Shown here piece after piece: positions 1 through 9,564 of a DNA stretch of 59,650 nucleotides. The stretch comes from Coriobacteriia bacterium (GTDB taxonomy: Bacteria > Actinomycetota > Coriobacteriia > Anaerosomatales > PALSA-660): assembly GCA_036508075.1 (NCBI GenBank), contig DATCIA010000098.1, forward strand, positions 1 to 59,650. The letters run 5' to 3'. How positions within the stretch are numbered: position 1 is the stretch's first letter; the number at the start of each line of letters is the position of its first letter. The notes beneath the pieces are model-generated. The model searched no databases. It was not told the DNA's origin and was given only the letters and a program-made list of their open reading frames with translations. Both the position numbers and the translations under genes were made by a program.

Positions 1-77
1 CCGAGCGTGACCGAGTCGAAGACCTTCTTCGTCGGGTACTCCAGATGGACGTTCTCGCATCCCAGCAGATAGGCCAC
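1..77 (-). CDS. ABC-type ATPase (ABC-F-like), first ~25 codons only; gene runs off the left edge
   Basis: Minus-strand reading from GTG at 77 gives VAYLLGCENVHLEYPTKKVFDSVTLG, a typical opening of an ABC ATPase domain. GAGG lies 8 nt upstream. Too short for the ORF track. Confidence 0.3.
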   Translation of the reverse strand, partial: MAYLLGCENVHLEYPTKKVFDSVTL

Positions 78-245
78 TCGACGAACCTCGATCCTTGCAA
101 AGCCGGTGAGCACGAAGGGCACCATACATCGCATGGGCAACACAGGATACCCGCTGTGGGACCACGCAGGGGGTGAGACAGGGCGCGCATCGGTCATACT
201 CTGCTTGAGGCGCGTGTGCGCCGCACCATCGGTGGGAGGGGAGTC

Positions 246-1205
246 GTGGCGGCACCTGTGATCGTGCGCTGGATCGAGGACGGACGACTGCACGTCGGCT
301 CTGCGGCCGATCTCGACAGGGCCAAGGCCGGCGGCGAGACGGTATGGGTCGACGTCCGCGAGCCGGACGCGGAGATTCTGGCCGTCCTGCAGAAGGCCTT
401 CGGGCTGCACCCGCTCGCCATGGAGGACTGCACCCACTTCCCCCAGCGGGTGAAGATCGACCTCTACCCGGAAGCGGCCTTCATCGTCTGGGTGTTCCCG
501 CAGCCGGGGCCGGAAGATGCCTTTCACGCGGTCGAGGTCGACGTGTTCCTCGGGGACCGCTTCCTGATCACGTCCCACCGCGAAGACGTGCCCGTCATCG
601 ACGAGGTTGGCGCCGACGCAGCTGACGCGCTGGCGAGAGGCGCGGACTGGCTCCTGCACCAGCTCCTGGATCGCGGGGTCGATCGGATCTTCCCCCTGGT
701 CGACGGACTCTCCGACCGGCTCGATGACATCGAGAACGTGCTGCTCGACGACCCGGCGCAGACCGACCTCCAGCAGCTGTACGCCATCAAGCGCTCCCTG
801 GTCCAGCTCTACCGGATCGTGGGAGGGGAGCGCGACGTGCTCCGCAGCCTCTCGCGGCGCGAGCGCCTCATATCGCAAGACGCCTACCTGTATTTCCAGG
901 ACGTCGGCGATCATCTGGCGCGGGTCGTGGACACGATCGACACCTACCGCGACGTCGCTTCGGGGGCCATGGACATCTACCTGTCCGCCGTCAACAATCG
1001 CCTCAACGACGTGATGAAGCGCCTGACCGTGGTCGCGACGATCTTCATGCCGCTGACGCTCATCTCGGGGATCTACGGGATGAACGTCACAGTGGGGATG
1101 TGGCCGCCGATCACCGAGCGCTGGTCGTTCTGGGTCGTGGCAGGATCGATGGTGGCGATCGTCGCCGGCATGCTGACGTACTTCAAGAGGAGACACTGGT
1201 GGTAG
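246..1205 (+). CDS. corA: magnesium/cobalt transporter CorA
   Basis: ORF 216..1205. C-terminal TM pair with YGMNV (GMN) signature. Start moved to in-frame GTG 246, preceded by GGGAGGGGAG (232-241); 216 remains possible. Confidence 0.9.
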   Translation: MAAPVIVRWIEDGRLHVGSAADLDRAKAGGETVWVDVREPDAEILAVLQKAFGLHPLAMEDCTHFPQRVKIDLYPEAAFIVWVFPQPGPEDAFHAVEVDVFLGDRFLITSHREDVPVIDEVGADAADALARGADWLLHQLLDRGVDRIFPLVDGLSDRLDDIENVLLDDPAQTDLQQLYAIKRSLVQLYRIVGGERDVLRSLSRRERLISQDAYLYFQDVGDHLARVVDTIDTYRDVASGAMDIYLSAVNNRLNDVMKRLTVVATIFMPLTLISGIYGMNVTVGMWPPITERWSFWVVAGSMVAIVAGMLTYFKRRHWW

Positions 1206-1903
1206 CATCCCCGGGCGCGACGAGACGGCGAACGGCGGCGCAGGACCTGCCGGTCGACCACTCCCGCGACGTGTTCTCGATACCCAACGTGATCACCGTG
1301 CTCCGGCTCGTCCTGATCCCGTTCTTCTTCTGGTTCCTCGTGTTCGAGGCGCCGGGATCGGGCCGCAACGATGCGGCGTTCCTGCTGTTCACCGTATGCG
1401 CTGGCACCGACTGGGTCGACGGGCTGATCGCCCGCGCCACGGGTCATGTCACGGCCATCGGCAAGATCATCGACCCGCTGGTCGACCGCCTCCTGATAGC
1501 GAGCGCCCTGCTCGGGCTCTACCTGGTGGGGCGCGTGAGCCTGGTTTTGGTGTTCGTCCTGGTCGGGCGTGATGTCTACCTGCTCTACGGGGCGTGGGTG
1601 TTGGAGCGGCACGGCCGCCGGGTCCCGGTCACGTGGCTGGGCAAGGCCACGACCTTCGTGCTGCTGGCGGGATTCGCCTCGCTCATCTGGGACTTCCCGC
1701 TGGTGAGCGTGCCCGCGCTCGGAACGATCGATCTCGGTGTCGCACGCATGGCGTTCGGCGGAGTCCGCCCGCTGGGCTCCTACATCGTCTATCTGGGCGT
1801 GATCATGTCGCTGTCGGCGGCCGTCCAGTACACCGTCATCGCACGTCGTTCCTATCGCGAAGCGCTCGCCGAACAGGCCGCTCCTCCCGTCTCCACGGGC
1901 TGA
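1199..1903 (+). CDS. CDP-alcohol phosphatidyltransferase (PgsA2 / actinobacterial cardiolipin-synthase-like)
   Basis: Signature GTDWVDGLIARATGHVTAIGKIIDPLVD (D-x2-DG-x2-AR...G-x3-D-x3-D); multi-TM. GTG 1199 sits 7 nt after GAGGAG and overlaps the corA stop (GTGGTAG). The ORF-track start 1100 lies inside corA. Confidence 0.85.
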   Translation: MVASPGATRRRTAAQDLPVDHSRDVFSIPNVITVLRLVLIPFFFWFLVFEAPGSGRNDAAFLLFTVCAGTDWVDGLIARATGHVTAIGKIIDPLVDRLLIASALLGLYLVGRVSLVLVFVLVGRDVYLLYGAWVLERHGRRVPVTWLGKATTFVLLAGFASLIWDFPLVSVPALGTIDLGVARMAFGGVRPLGSYIVYLGVIMSLSAAVQYTVIARRSYREALAEQAAPPVSTG

Positions 1904-2010
1904 TCCGTAACCGGCTCGTTGCGCCCGCCACCTGCGGGAACCAGTCCGCGTCCTGTATGCTGTGGGTTCCCACCCGCCCATGCGCAGTCGTGAAAGCGGT
2001 CACACCGGTC

Positions 2011-3918
2011 ATGTCGGACGAACCTCAGGCCCCGCGGCGCAGCAGCCGGACCCGCGCGAGCGCCCGCTCGACGCGCCGCTTCAGGTTTCCCGAAGGCAGG
2101 GCTCGCCTGGCGGGCATGGTCGCGCTGGCGGTGGTCGGCGCTCTGGTGCTGGCCGTCGTAGTCGACATCGTGGCGACTCAGGGGCGCATCCACCCGGGCG
2201 TGCGCGTCGGGGACGTCGCCGTGGGATCGATGACTCCGGCGCAGGCGCGCGAGGCGCTGGGTTCTGCGTTCGACATCGGGTCGAGGCGACCCGTCAAGGC
2301 CGTTCTCGGCACGCAGGAGTGGAGCGTGACCGCGGACCAGATCGGCGTTCACGTCGACGCCACGGCGAGCATCGATACCGCCATGGCGGTCGGACGGACC
2401 GGCGACGCGCTCGCGATGCTGGGTCAGCGCCTCGGGGCTCTGTTCGGCGGGGCCAGCGTTCCCGTGCTCGTGCTCGGCGACGAGGACAAGGCCGCGTCCG
2501 TGCTCGATGCCATCGGCGCTGCGGTCGCGATCGCCGCGCGGGACGCATCGGTGACCATCGACGGGACGTCGGTCGGCTTCGTGAACAGCGCGCCGGGACG
2601 GCGCCTGGACCGCCAGCTGACGCTGGCGGCCATCTCCACCGCATTCGTGACCACGACGCGCCGGGCTCCGGTCGCGGTGGCCGCCGTGCCCGTCGCTCTC
2701 GCCGACGCCGACGCGCAGCAGGCCCTCGCCGACGCGCGCGAGCTGCTGTCCGGCCCGGTGAAGGTCGCGTTCGAGGGGAAGGTCACCGAGGTCCCGCAGG
2801 TCCAGGTCGCGGGGTGGGTGGCGTTCACTCGCGTGCCGATCATCACGCCCTCGGTCGAGCTCTCGCGGGCGGCCACGGATTCGGTCGTCTCTTCGCAAGG
2901 GGTGGACCCCGGAACGCCCGTCAAGCTCGTCGCCGGCTTCGACCCCGCCCGTCTCGGCGTCTCGATCGCCTCTCTCACGAAGGGGATCGGCCGCCCCGCC
3001 CGCAACGCGGCGTTCGTCGCCGAAGGCGGCACGGTGAAGGTGACGCCGTCGCAGGTCGGCCGCGGCCCCGACCTCGCCGGACTTGCTTCGGATCTGGCTC
3101 GCACGTGCATGGATGGCGGCACACGGACCGCGACGCTGAGGCTGACGGAGACACAGCCCAAGCTGACCACCGAGGCCGCCCGCGCGATGGGCGTCTCGGA
3201 CCGGATCAGCTCCTACACCACGACGTACTCGTCAGCCAACCCGGCCCGCACCGGCAACATCCATCTGCTCGCGAGAGCGTTCGACTACAAGCTGGTGCCG
3301 CCCGGTGGCACGTTCAGCTTCAACGGGACGGCCGGAGCGCGGACGGCGGCGAAGGGCTATCAGGAAGCGCCGGCGATCGTCAACGGCAAGCTTGTCCCGC
3401 AGCTCGGCGGGGGAGTGTGTCAGGTCGGGACGACGTTCTTCAACACGGTGTTCTTCGCGGGCCTGCCCGTCGTCGAGCGCCACAATCACTCCTTCTACAT
3501 CTCGCACTATCCGAAGGGGCGCGACGCGACCGTGTCGTACGGCGGGCCCGACATGAAGTTCAAGAACGACACCGAGGGTTGGCTGCTGATCCGGACCGCC
3601 TACACGCGGACCTCACTCACGATCTCGCTGTACGGAACCGATCCAGGATACAAGGTCACGTACACGACGAGCGCGTTCTCGGGTCTCACCCCGCACAAGG
3701 TCATCGAGGTGAAGGACCCCAAGCTCGCCAAGGGCGTCCGCATCATCGAGGACGGAGGCGTGGACGGCCGGAGGGTCACCGTGGTGCGCACGGTCCTCAA
3801 GGGCACGAAGGTGGTACGCACGGACACCTTCGTGTCAAACTACAAGTCCAAAGACGAGACCGTGCGTGTGGGGACGAAGTCGGCCAGCGTCCCGACCACC
3901 GGAACGGTTCATCCATGA
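2011..3918 (+). CDS. VanW/YoaR-like cell-wall protein with N-terminal TM anchor and C-terminal G5-like domain
   Basis: ORF 1594..3918 trimmed to ATG 2011 (MSDEPQAPRR.., then TM LAGMVALAVVGALVLAVVV). VanW core: FSFNGTAG..GYQEAPAIVNGK..GGGVCQVGTTFFN. C-terminal VIEVKDP..RVTVVRTV..ETVRVGTK. Confidence 0.8.
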   Translation: MSDEPQAPRRSSRTRASARSTRRFRFPEGRARLAGMVALAVVGALVLAVVVDIVATQGRIHPGVRVGDVAVGSMTPAQAREALGSAFDIGSRRPVKAVLGTQEWSVTADQIGVHVDATASIDTAMAVGRTGDALAMLGQRLGALFGGASVPVLVLGDEDKAASVLDAIGAAVAIAARDASVTIDGTSVGFVNSAPGRRLDRQLTLAAISTAFVTTTRRAPVAVAAVPVALADADAQQALADARELLSGPVKVAFEGKVTEVPQVQVAGWVAFTRVPIITPSVELSRAATDSVVSSQGVDPGTPVKLVAGFDPARLGVSIASLTKGIGRPARNAAFVAEGGTVKVTPSQVGRGPDLAGLASDLARTCMDGGTRTATLRLTETQPKLTTEAARAMGVSDRISSYTTTYSSANPARTGNIHLLARAFDYKLVPPGGTFSFNGTAGARTAAKGYQEAPAIVNGKLVPQLGGGVCQVGTTFFNTVFFAGLPVVERHNHSFYISHYPKGRDATVSYGGPDMKFKNDTEGWLLIRTAYTRTSLTISLYGTDPGYKVTYTTSAFSGLTPHKVIEVKDPKLAKGVRIIEDGGVDGRRVTVVRTVLKGTKVVRTDTFVSNYKSKDETVRVGTKSASVPTTGTVHP

Positions 3919-3992
3919 TGCGCTCGCTCTAGTCTCGACGCCCGAGGCGCAGCGGGGACGTCGCGCAGGCCGCACGGGGAAGGGTCCTTCTG

Positions 3993-5294
3993 ATGTTCCA
4001 GCCCGAGCTCGAGACGATGTCGCGTGAGGCGCTCGAGAGCCTGCAGTTGGCGCGCCTTCGGACACAACTCGCGCGTGTCTACGTCAACGTCCCCCTCTAC
4101 CGCCGCAAGTTCGACGAGGCGGGCTTCCGTCCTGAGCAGCTGCAGACCCTCTCGGACCTGTCCCGTGTGCCCTTCACCGTGAAGGACGACCTTCGCGAGG
4201 CCTACCCGTTCGACATGTTCGCCGTCCCGATGCGGGACATCGTCCGGGTCCACTCCTCGTCGGGCACCACCGGCCAGGTCTCAGTCGTGGGCTACACGCG
4301 CGGCGACGTGGAGCGCTGGAGTGAACTGATGGCGCGCACGCTCGCGTGCGCCGGGGTGACCGCGGACGACGTGGTGCAGGTCGCCTACGGCTACGGGCTC
4401 TTCACGGGGGGTCTAGGCGCGCACTACGGGTCGGAGCGCCTCGGCGCCATGACGATCCCGGTCTCCGGCGGCAACACGGCCCGGCAGGCGCAGATCCTCA
4501 AGGACTTCGGCGTCACGGTCCTGGCGTGCACTCCCAGCTACGCGCTGCTGATCGCCGAGACGGCGGCCTCGATGGGCATCGACGTCCGCTCACTCCCTCT
4601 CAGGGTCGGCGTGTTCGGCGCCGAGCCTTGGAGCGAGGGCATGCGTGACCAGATCGAAGAGGTCATGGGCATCCGCGCCATCGACATCTACGGTCTGTCC
4701 GAGGTCATGGGCCCCGGTGTCGCTTCCGAGTGCGTGCACCGGAACGGGCTGCACGTGTTCGAGGACCACTTCATCATCGAGGTCATCGACCCCGAGACCA
4801 TGGAGCCGGTGCGCGACGGCGAGCAGGGCGAGGTCGTCTTCACGACACTCACCAAGGAGGGCATCCCGGTCATCCGGTACCGCACGCGCGACATCAGCCG
4901 GATCGTCCCGGGGGAGTGCGCGTGCGGCAGGACCTTCCGTCGCATGGAGCGCGTGACGGGCCGCACCGACGATATGCTCATCATCCGGGGCGTGAACGTG
5001 TACCCGAGCCAGATCGAGCAGGTCCTGATGGGCATCCCGGGTGTCGCTCCTCACTACCAGGTCGTGCTCGACAAACGGGGGAGCATGGATACCGTGGAGG
5101 TGCAGGTCGAGGTCAGTCCCGACCTGGAGTTCGACGAGATCAGGGAACTGGAAGCCCTGCAGCGCAAGGTCGCCGGCGCCATCGCGGCGACGCTCGCGGT
5201 CAGCGTCGATGTGAAGCTCGTCGAGCCTCGCACGATCCAGCGCAGCGAGGGCAAGGCGAAGCGCGTCGTGGACCTCCGGACCAAGGGAGCGTGA
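3993..5294 (+). CDS. paaK: phenylacetate-CoA ligase (PaaK / F390-synthetase family)
   Basis: [22 protein letters not shown].. N-terminus, [12 protein letters not shown]-binding loop, PaaK-length (433 aa). GGGGAAGGG RBS. Confidence 0.85.
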   Translation: MFQPELETMSREALESLQLARLRTQLARVYVNVPLYRRKFDEAGFRPEQLQTLSDLSRVPFTVKDDLREAYPFDMFAVPMRDIVRVHSSSGTTGQVSVVGYTRGDVERWSELMARTLACAGVTADDVVQVAYGYGLFTGGLGAHYGSERLGAMTIPVSGGNTARQAQILKDFGVTVLACTPSYALLIAETAASMGIDVRSLPLRVGVFGAEPWSEGMRDQIEEVMGIRAIDIYGLSEVMGPGVASECVHRNGLHVFEDHFIIEVIDPETMEPVRDGEQGEVVFTTLTKEGIPVIRYRTRDISRIVPGECACGRTFRRMERVTGRTDDMLIIRGVNVYPSQIEQVLMGIPGVAPHYQVVLDKRGSMDTVEVQVEVSPDLEFDEIRELEALQRKVAGAIAATLAVSVDVKLVEPRTIQRSEGKAKRVVDLRTKGA

Positions 5295-5301
5295 GGACGC
5301 C

Positions 5302-5742
5302 ATGTTGATCGAACAACTGTCGGTATTCCTTCAGAACGAGAAGGGCAGACTGGCGGGGATGTGCCGGATCCTCGGTGACGCCGGTCTCGACATGCACGCG
5401 CTGGTGGTGGCCGACACGGCCGAGTACGGCGTCGCGCGCGTGATCTGTGACCGCCCCCATTCGGCCCGTCGCGTCCTCGAGAGCGCCGGGCTCGCGGTGT
5501 CGATCACGCGGGTGGTAGCCATCGAGATACCGGACCGTGCCGGCGGTCTTGCGGAAGTGCTCGAGTGCATGGGGACGTGCGACATCAACGTCGAGTACCT
5601 CTACTGCTTCCCGCGCAGAGACGGTGTGAGCGCTGTGGACATCGTGCGGGTGGCGGATCCGGACCGCGCTGCCGGATGTCTCACCGCGGGTGGGTTCACG
5701 CTGGTGCACGCCTCCGAGATCTACCAGCCCGACCCGGCCTAG
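5302..5742 (+). CDS. ACT domain-containing protein (paralog 1, follows paaK)
   Basis: 146 aa, two ACT-like repeats. Clearly paralogous to 20430..20849 (LSVFL/IxNExGR...DTAEYG..R.I.DRP...). Starts 7 nt after paaK. Confidence 0.8.
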   Translation: MLIEQLSVFLQNEKGRLAGMCRILGDAGLDMHALVVADTAEYGVARVICDRPHSARRVLESAGLAVSITRVVAIEIPDRAGGLAEVLECMGTCDINVEYLYCFPRRDGVSAVDIVRVADPDRAAGCLTAGGFTLVHASEIYQPDPA

Positions 5743-5761
5743 CCGGATCGCAGGTCGCCCG

Positions 5762-6559
5762 TCAGGTCGGCGTCGGCTCCGCGGCCAGCGCCTCGATCTC
5801 GGCGATGTCGTCAGCCGACCCGAACACCTGGGTGCGGACGGCTCCGTCGACGATGCCCACCGAGTCCCGAAGACCGGATGCCAAGCGGGCGGCGACGCCC
5901 TCCGCTTCGGGGCGGGCCGTCTGCGGCAGCATGACCAGGAACGAGGCACCGCGGAACCGTCCGACATCGTCGATGAGTCGGAGTTCGCTGCGCAGGTGCG
6001 TGGCCATGAGCCTGACCATGTTGCTCGCCTTCTTGGGGCGCATGTCGGTGATCACCGATTCGTCCACTTCGAGCACGATCACCGAGAACGGCGTGCCGTA
6101 CCGGCGAAATGACGCCACAGCCGTGCGGATGGTCCGGGTGATGAAGTCGGCGGTGTACACGCGGCTCGAGGGGTCGACCGCGAGGTCGTCCTGGGCGCGG
6201 GCGAACGCGTACTTGATGCGGCTGCAGGCCTCGCCGCCGACGATGCCGACGAGTGCGTAGGAGGCCGACCGTATGATCAGCAGCCGCGTGAACTCGGGAG
6301 CGACGGTCACATCGGCGACCCAGTTGATGTGGAGCGGCAGGTAGATCCGCATCAGCATGTAGGCGACCGTCGCGACGACGGCGGTGAACGTCCCTCCGCG
6401 CCGGCCCCAACGCACCGCCCCGATGAGCACGGCGAGCAGCAGCAGCTGGGCGACCAGCTCGACCGTGTCGGGGGTGGGGTAGAGCGAGAACGCCGCGGTG
6501 GCCATGATGCCGACCGCTCCGATGCCTATCGCCAGACGCTCGAACTTGGAGTAATCCAT
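5762..6559 (-). CDS. membrane protein with degenerate GGDEF domain (RGASF active-site motif, RLID I-site)
   Basis: ORF 5762..6706 trimmed to ATG 6559 (GGAAGGG RBS 5 nt upstream). About 4 TM helices, then a GGDEF-fold pattern: FSVIVLEVDES...LRLIDDVGRFRGASFLVMLPQT. Confidence 0.75.
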   Translation of the reverse strand: MDYSKFERLAIGIGAVGIMATAAFSLYPTPDTVELVAQLLLLAVLIGAVRWGRRGGTFTAVVATVAYMLMRIYLPLHINWVADVTVAPEFTRLLIIRSASYALVGIVGGEACSRIKYAFARAQDDLAVDPSSRVYTADFITRTIRTAVASFRRYGTPFSVIVLEVDESVITDMRPKKASNMVRLMATHLRSELRLIDDVGRFRGASFLVMLPQTARPEAEGVAARLASGLRDSVGIVDGAVRTQVFGSADDIAEIEALAAEPTPT

Positions 6560-6733
6560 CGCCGCCCTTCCGTCTCGGCCTGTCGGGGCGCTGACGGTCT
6601 CGAGTGTCGGCTTGTCGCGTACCGCCGCGGTAATGATACGCGAAGCACGACCGTACGCCACCAACCTGAGTGTCGTACCATACGAGTCCCGCGCGTCCGT
6701 ATCCATACGACGCCGCCGAGACCTGCGACACGG

Positions 6734-7963
6734 ATGACATCAATGGCCGCCAGAACCACTCTCAGCCCCCATAGCGCGGTCGTGGCGTCGCTTCTGGCCC
6801 TCGTCTTGTTCCTGGCACCCACCGTCCCCGCCCGCGCCGCCGTGCTCGACGCCGACTACATCGGCGGCATCAAGGTCGGCGACGCGCCCGCGCTGCGGTC
6901 AAAGTCCCCGGATCTCTACATCCCTTCGGGCGTCCTGTCAACGATGGACGGGCGCGAGCTGTGGGCGCGCGAGCCGGAGAGCCGCCGCGCGATGGCCTCG
7001 ACCACCAAGATCATGACGGCTGTGGTCGTGCTCGAGCGCGCGGACCTGGGCGCGATGGTGAGTGTCGACCGTACCGCGGCCAAGGTCGGCGAGTCGGCCA
7101 TGGGGCTGATCCCGGGCGAGAAGCTCACCATCGGCGAGCTGCTCAAGGGCGTGCTCGTGCAGTCCGGGAACGACGCGGCCACGCTGATCGCCGAGGCGGT
7201 GGGCGGTTCCGTCGACGGGTTCGTCGCACTGATGAACTCGAAAGCGCAGCAGCTGGACCTGATCAACACCGCCTACGTCAATCCGCACGGGCTGGACGCC
7301 AAGGGCCACTACACCTCCGCGGAGGACCTCACCGCGCTCGCTCGCTATGCGATGCGTGACTCTACGTTCCGGCAGCTGGTCGGCGTCAAGACCGTCCAGG
7401 TCCGCTCCGACCGCTACACCCACGTCCTGACGAGCCACAACACGCTGCTGAAGACCTACAAGGGTGCAGAGGGCGTGAAGACCGGTTGGACCGACGACGC
7501 CGGGTACTGCGTAGTGTTCGCCGCCAAGCGCGGGGGAATCGAGTTGGTCGGCACGGTCATGGGCGCGACGAGCGAAGGAAGCCGCGCCCAGCAGGCCAAG
7601 AGGCTGCTGGACTGGGGCTTCGCGCACTACAAGGTCACCACCGTCGTCGAGGCGGGGGAGGCGCTCGGCCGCGTCCCGGTCAGCGACTACCTGGAACGTA
7701 CTGTCGGCGCCCAGACCGCCGAGACGACCTCGATGCCCGTGTTCGACCTCGCCGGCCCGGTGAGTCGGCGGGTCGAACTCGAAGCCGACGTGCCGGCCCC
7801 TGTGTCGAAGGGCGCCGTCATCGGCACGATGACGCTCTACCAGGGGGACAGCGTGTTGGCGCAGGTCCCCATGGTTGCGTCGTCCGACGTCCCGGCGCCC
7901 AGCGTGGGCCAGCGCATCTCGTTCTTCTTCACCCGTATCTGGCGCGCGGTGTTCGGTAGCTGA
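6734..7963 (+). CDS. D-alanyl-D-alanine carboxypeptidase (S11, PBP5/DacB-like), secreted
   Basis: ORF 6329..7963 trimmed to ATG 6734, giving a signal peptide ..LFLAPTVPARAAV. Motifs SxxK (ASTTKIM), SxN (QSGND), KTG (VKTGWT). Confidence 0.9.
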   Translation: MTSMAARTTLSPHSAVVASLLALVLFLAPTVPARAAVLDADYIGGIKVGDAPALRSKSPDLYIPSGVLSTMDGRELWAREPESRRAMASTTKIMTAVVVLERADLGAMVSVDRTAAKVGESAMGLIPGEKLTIGELLKGVLVQSGNDAATLIAEAVGGSVDGFVALMNSKAQQLDLINTAYVNPHGLDAKGHYTSAEDLTALARYAMRDSTFRQLVGVKTVQVRSDRYTHVLTSHNTLLKTYKGAEGVKTGWTDDAGYCVVFAAKRGGIELVGTVMGATSEGSRAQQAKRLLDWGFAHYKVTTVVEAGEALGRVPVSDYLERTVGAQTAETTSMPVFDLAGPVSRRVELEADVPAPVSKGAVIGTMTLYQGDSVLAQVPMVASSDVPAPSVGQRISFFFTRIWRAVFGS

Positions 7964-8022
7964 TGACGGCACCCGCGCCATCGCGGGAATCTTCGAGGCA
8001 CGATCCGAAAGGGGATGGACGC

Positions 8023-9117
8023 ATGACCGAGGTACTCTCGCGCACGCCACTCTATGAGGAACATCTCGCCGCCGGCGCACGGATGGTCCCGTTCGCGGGC
8101 TTCGAGATGCCGGTCCAGTACGCCGGCATCATCGACGAGCACCGTGCCGTCCGTTCGGCGGCGGGGATCTTCGACGTCTGCCACATGGCCGAGTTCCGCG
8201 TGTTCGGGTTCGAGGCGTTCGATGCCCTCCAGAAGCTCGTTACGAACGACCTCCACAAGATCGACGAGATGAGCAAGGCCGTCTACACGGTGATGTGCGA
8301 CGAGAGCGGCGGCATCATCGACGACCTCATCGTCTACCACACCGGCGACCTGGAGTACCTGATCATCGCGAACGCGTCGAACCGCGCCGTGGACGCGGAG
8401 TGGATCGCCGCGCACCTGCCCGAGGGTGTCGAGTTCGTCGACGAGTCCGACCGTACCGGGCTGATCGCGCTTCAGGGTCCCGAAGCGGTCCGGATCATCA
8501 CGGAACTCTCCGGAGAGGAGCCGCCCGAGCGTTTCCACATCGCCGAGGCGCGCCTCGACGATTCGATCCCGGTGCTGCTCGCTCGCACCGGCTACACGGG
8601 CGAGGATGGCGTCGAGATCGTGTGCGCCGCTTCCGACGCGCCCGCGATCTGGCGGCTGCTGCTCAGCTTCGAGGAGGTCACGCCCTGCGGCCTCGGCGCC
8701 CGGGACACTCTGCGGCTCGAGATGGGCTACCCGCTGCACGGGTCGGACATGGACCGTTCCATCGACCCCATCAGTGCGGGCCTGAGCTGGGTCGTCTCCC
8801 TCAAGAAGGACGAGTTCAACGGCCGCGCGGTGCTCGCAGCGATCAAGGAGGCCGGCCCTGAGCGCAAGCTGGTCGGGCTGACCGTCTCCGAGGGCGTTCC
8901 GAGGCACGGCTACCCCGTGTTGCACGACGGTGTCGAGGTGGGTACTGTGGCAAGCGGCACCTTCTCGCCGACGCTCGAGCACGGGATCGCCACGGCCTAT
9001 GTGCCGGCCGCGCTCGCCGAGTCCGGCACGTGCCTCGAGATCTCAGTGCGTCGTAAGAACGTGTCCGCCACCGTGACCCGCCCGCCGTTCGTGAAGCGGA
9101 CGTCGCTCTCGGCCTGA
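8023..9117 (+). CDS. gcvT: glycine cleavage system T protein (aminomethyltransferase)
   Basis: MTEVLSRTPLYEEHLAAGARMVPFAGFEMPVQY.. is a typical GcvT N-terminus. ATG 8023 follows AAAGGGGA. The ORF-track start 7963 overlaps the upstream gene. Confidence 0.95.
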   Translation: MTEVLSRTPLYEEHLAAGARMVPFAGFEMPVQYAGIIDEHRAVRSAAGIFDVCHMAEFRVFGFEAFDALQKLVTNDLHKIDEMSKAVYTVMCDESGGIIDDLIVYHTGDLEYLIIANASNRAVDAEWIAAHLPEGVEFVDESDRTGLIALQGPEAVRIITELSGEEPPERFHIAEARLDDSIPVLLARTGYTGEDGVEIVCAASDAPAIWRLLLSFEEVTPCGLGARDTLRLEMGYPLHGSDMDRSIDPISAGLSWVVSLKKDEFNGRAVLAAIKEAGPERKLVGLTVSEGVPRHGYPVLHDGVEVGTVASGTFSPTLEHGIATAYVPAALAESGTCLEISVRRKNVSATVTRPPFVKRTSLSA

Positions 9118-9175
9118 ACAGCCCCGCCTCACTAAGAGTGCGGCGGTCCACCGACCCGAAGGAGTGTACGAGCCC

Positions 9176-9559
9176 ATGAACCCGGCAGACCTGCGCTACG
9201 ACAAGGAACACGAGTGGGTGCGCGTCGAGGGTGACGTCGCCGTGATCGGCATCTCCGAATTCGCGCAGGACCAGCTCGGCGAGGTCGTCTACGTCGACCT
9301 TCCCGATGCCGGCGACGAGCTCGTCGCGGGCGACACGTTCGGCGAGATCGAGTCCGTGAAGTCGGTGTCTGAGCTGTTCGCACCCGTGTCGGGAACGGTC
9401 GTCGAGGTCAACGACGAGCTCGACACCGCGTCCGAGGTCATCAACAGCGACCCCTACGGCGCCGGCTGGATGGTCAAGATCAAGTTGTCCGACGCTTCGC
9501 AGCTCGACGCCCTCATGAGCGCCGGCGAGTACGAGGCTTTCGTCGCGAACGAGGCGTAG
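9176..9559 (+). CDS. gcvH: glycine cleavage system H protein
   Basis: LRYDKEHEWV.. and lipoyl-lysine motif EIESVKSVSEL. ATG 9176 is 11 nt after GAAGGAG (ORF-track GTG 9164 sits inside the RBS). Confidence 0.95.
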   Translation: MNPADLRYDKEHEWVRVEGDVAVIGISEFAQDQLGEVVYVDLPDAGDELVAGDTFGEIESVKSVSELFAPVSGTVVEVNDELDTASEVINSDPYGAGWMVKIKLSDASQLDALMSAGEYEAFVANEA

Positions 9560-9564
9560 CCACT

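Noticed and set aside
78-245. M-box (Mg2+) riboswitch upstream of corA.
   Set aside because: Only scattered similarities (GGUGAG, AUGGGCAACACAG). The conserved blocks are missing or far too close together. It would need cmscan RF00380 to revive.
7964-8022. Glycine riboswitch upstream of gcvT.
   Set aside because: The spacer is only about 60 nt, too short for even a single glycine aptamer, and none of the conserved GGAGAG...CACCG elements are seen.
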